Of a stretch of DNA of 44,514 nt, positions 43,369 through 44,514 are shown piece by piece. The translations under genes and the position numbers were made by a program. Source of the stretch: a virus. The stretch lies in the UHGV virus genome UHGV-1355725, one strand, 5' to 3'. Under the pieces are notes generated by a model. The model saw nothing but the letters and a program-made list of their open reading frames with translations. It searched no databases and had not been told where the DNA came from. Numbering within the stretch: position 1 is the first letter of the stretch; every line of letters starts with the position of its first letter.

Positions 43369-44514
43369 CCAGCCAGTTATATTAACCGAGAAGGCAGTAT
43401 CCGTTGCTGTTTGGCTTGGGTTAAGGAATAATACCGTTAGTGTTGTTGTGTTGAAAACGCTCACCTGCGCAAACCCAAATGAGGATAAATGTTGGATTGA
43501 ATAACCCGCGGCTACTTCACTGGTGAAGTTAATAGTGTAAGAGCCGGTACTATTTTTAGTTACACTGTTAACGCCAAACCCGGAACTAACAGCGCCTGCG
43601 GCAGTAATGACAGCGGACACAATAGGCCTGAAATGTTGTACTGGAGTTACAACCCCAGCCGCGGTTACTTTGTAGGTGTACGTGATACCGCGCCGATGGT
43701 GGTATGTTACCGTAGAGCCAATGGCGGCTGCGGAAGCGATAACAATAGGCATTGCATTACCGTTTGAACCGAAACGCCCACCATTTATAGTGATATGAGA
43801 ATTAGCCCCATAAAGGTATATATCTCCGTTATACGTAATTCCTGGTATAACCTCGAACGAGTTTAGGGTTACCTGATTATTGCTGCCGAATGATATTAGC
43901 GCAGGTCCCTGGTCAGCTACCGGAAAACACGTGAAAGCGTTGACCACTATATTATGATTGTTATCTTTAAAAGCCAGAGCCGTTCCGGAATTAGCCGTGG
44001 TGGTGTTGGCCCCCTCACATCCGCAAGCGTCCAGCACAATCCCTTCGCAAGCGTCGAATGAGTAAGCAGTGTTAGTTGTATGGTCTGATGTACAACTAAT
44101 AAGCGTGGAATACTTCATACCTGTAAGGTCAAATGCGCCCGTTCTTGTAGTATCGGCAGAAGCCAACCCACATCCTGTTAGGACAACAGACGTACCGTTA
44201 TCAAGGCGAATCTTTCCGTTGTTGGAGAATACTCTGGAGATACGGCTTTGCCAGATATCTTTAGCCCATATCGCATAGGTACAGTTGATGAAATCTACAT
44301 TATCAATGTCAACTACGCCGCCTTGTAATACGAAAAAACCGGCCTGATTAGGGTTTGTATCGGAGTTACCCTCGACAGTAATATGCTTTAATGCAGATTT
44401 TTGGGGGAATACCTCGCCACTAGGCCATGCAGGGTCTTGATATACAACCGCATCCACAGTTTGACTCCCAGCGTTGGGGTCTTGGTTTGTTAGCGTAACA
44501 GTTGTATTACTTGA
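43366..44514 (-). CDS. tailspike/tail fibre, C-terminal receptor-binding part (5' end cut by window end)
   Basis: Frame open to the window edge; Asn/Thr/Gly-rich repeats suggestive of a beta-helix (NGTSVVLTGCG, HNIVVNAFTCF, ITYNGDIYLYGANSHITINGG); stop at 43366. Confidence 0.55.
   Translation of the reverse strand, partial: SSNTTVTLTNQDPNAGSQTVDAVVYQDPAWPSGEVFPQKSALKHITVEGNSDTNPNQAGFFVLQGGVVDIDNVDFINCTYAIWAKDIWQSRISRVFSNNGKIRLDNGTSVVLTGCGLASADTTRTGAFDLTGMKYSTLISCTSDHTTNTAYSFDACEGIVLDACGCEGANTTTANSGTALAFKDNNHNIVVNAFTCFPVADQGPALISFGSNNQVTLNSFEVIPGITYNGDIYLYGANSHITINGGRFGSNGNAMPIVIASAAAIGSTVTYHHRRGITYTYKVTAAGVVTPVQHFRPIVSAVITAAGAVSSGFGVNSVTKNSTGSYTINFTSEVAAGYSIQHLSSFGFAQVSVFNTTTLTVLFLNPSQTATDTAFSVNITGW

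Noticed and set aside
1-44514. Temperate lifestyle (prophage) despite the presence of a Cro/C1-type regulator
   Set aside because: No integrase, excisionase, partition or attachment-site-like elements were found on either strand; the regulator alone is insufficient to call lysogeny.
1-44514. CRISPR arrays, tRNA or rRNA genes
   Set aside because: No regularly spaced direct repeats and no tRNA-like cloverleaf candidates noticed on reading the intergenic regions; a dedicated tRNA scan could still find one.

Overview
The window reads as a complete or near-complete, circularly permuted genome of a tailed dsDNA phage of enterobacterial type (about 44.5 kb), linearised inside its tailspike gene: the partial ORFs at the two window ends are in the same codon phase. 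Layout: a minus-strand late module (1-24102: tailspike, tail tip, tape measure, G/GT chaperones, major tail, head-tail joining proteins, capsid, scaffold, spanins, head morphogenesis protein, portal, terminase), a minus-strand block of small early genes plus the holin/endolysin cassette (24300-30210), and a plus-strand replication/recombination module (30700-43340: primase-helicase, Cas4-like exonuclease, T7 gp2.5-like SSB, family A DNA polymerase, VRR-NUC nuclease, SNF2-type helicase). Three plus-strand insertions sit inside the minus-strand late module, each with its own promoter. Most unusual: (i) two inteins, one in the DNA polymerase and one in the head morphogenesis protein, whose endonuclease is not an in-frame intein domain but a separately initiated gene, in an alternative frame in one case and on the opposite strand with its own promoter in the other; (ii) a conserved promoter-embedded inverted repeat AATAG-N4-CTATT found at nine promoters on both strands, with a small XRE-family HTH protein as the candidate regulator; (iii) a tail-module insertion encoding a superinfection-immunity-like membrane protein, an HTH-metallophosphoesterase and an HNH endonuclease. 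All calls rest on reading the six-frame translations and the DNA by eye; no database search was run, and start codons were re-chosen where the ORF track began at an alternative codon.
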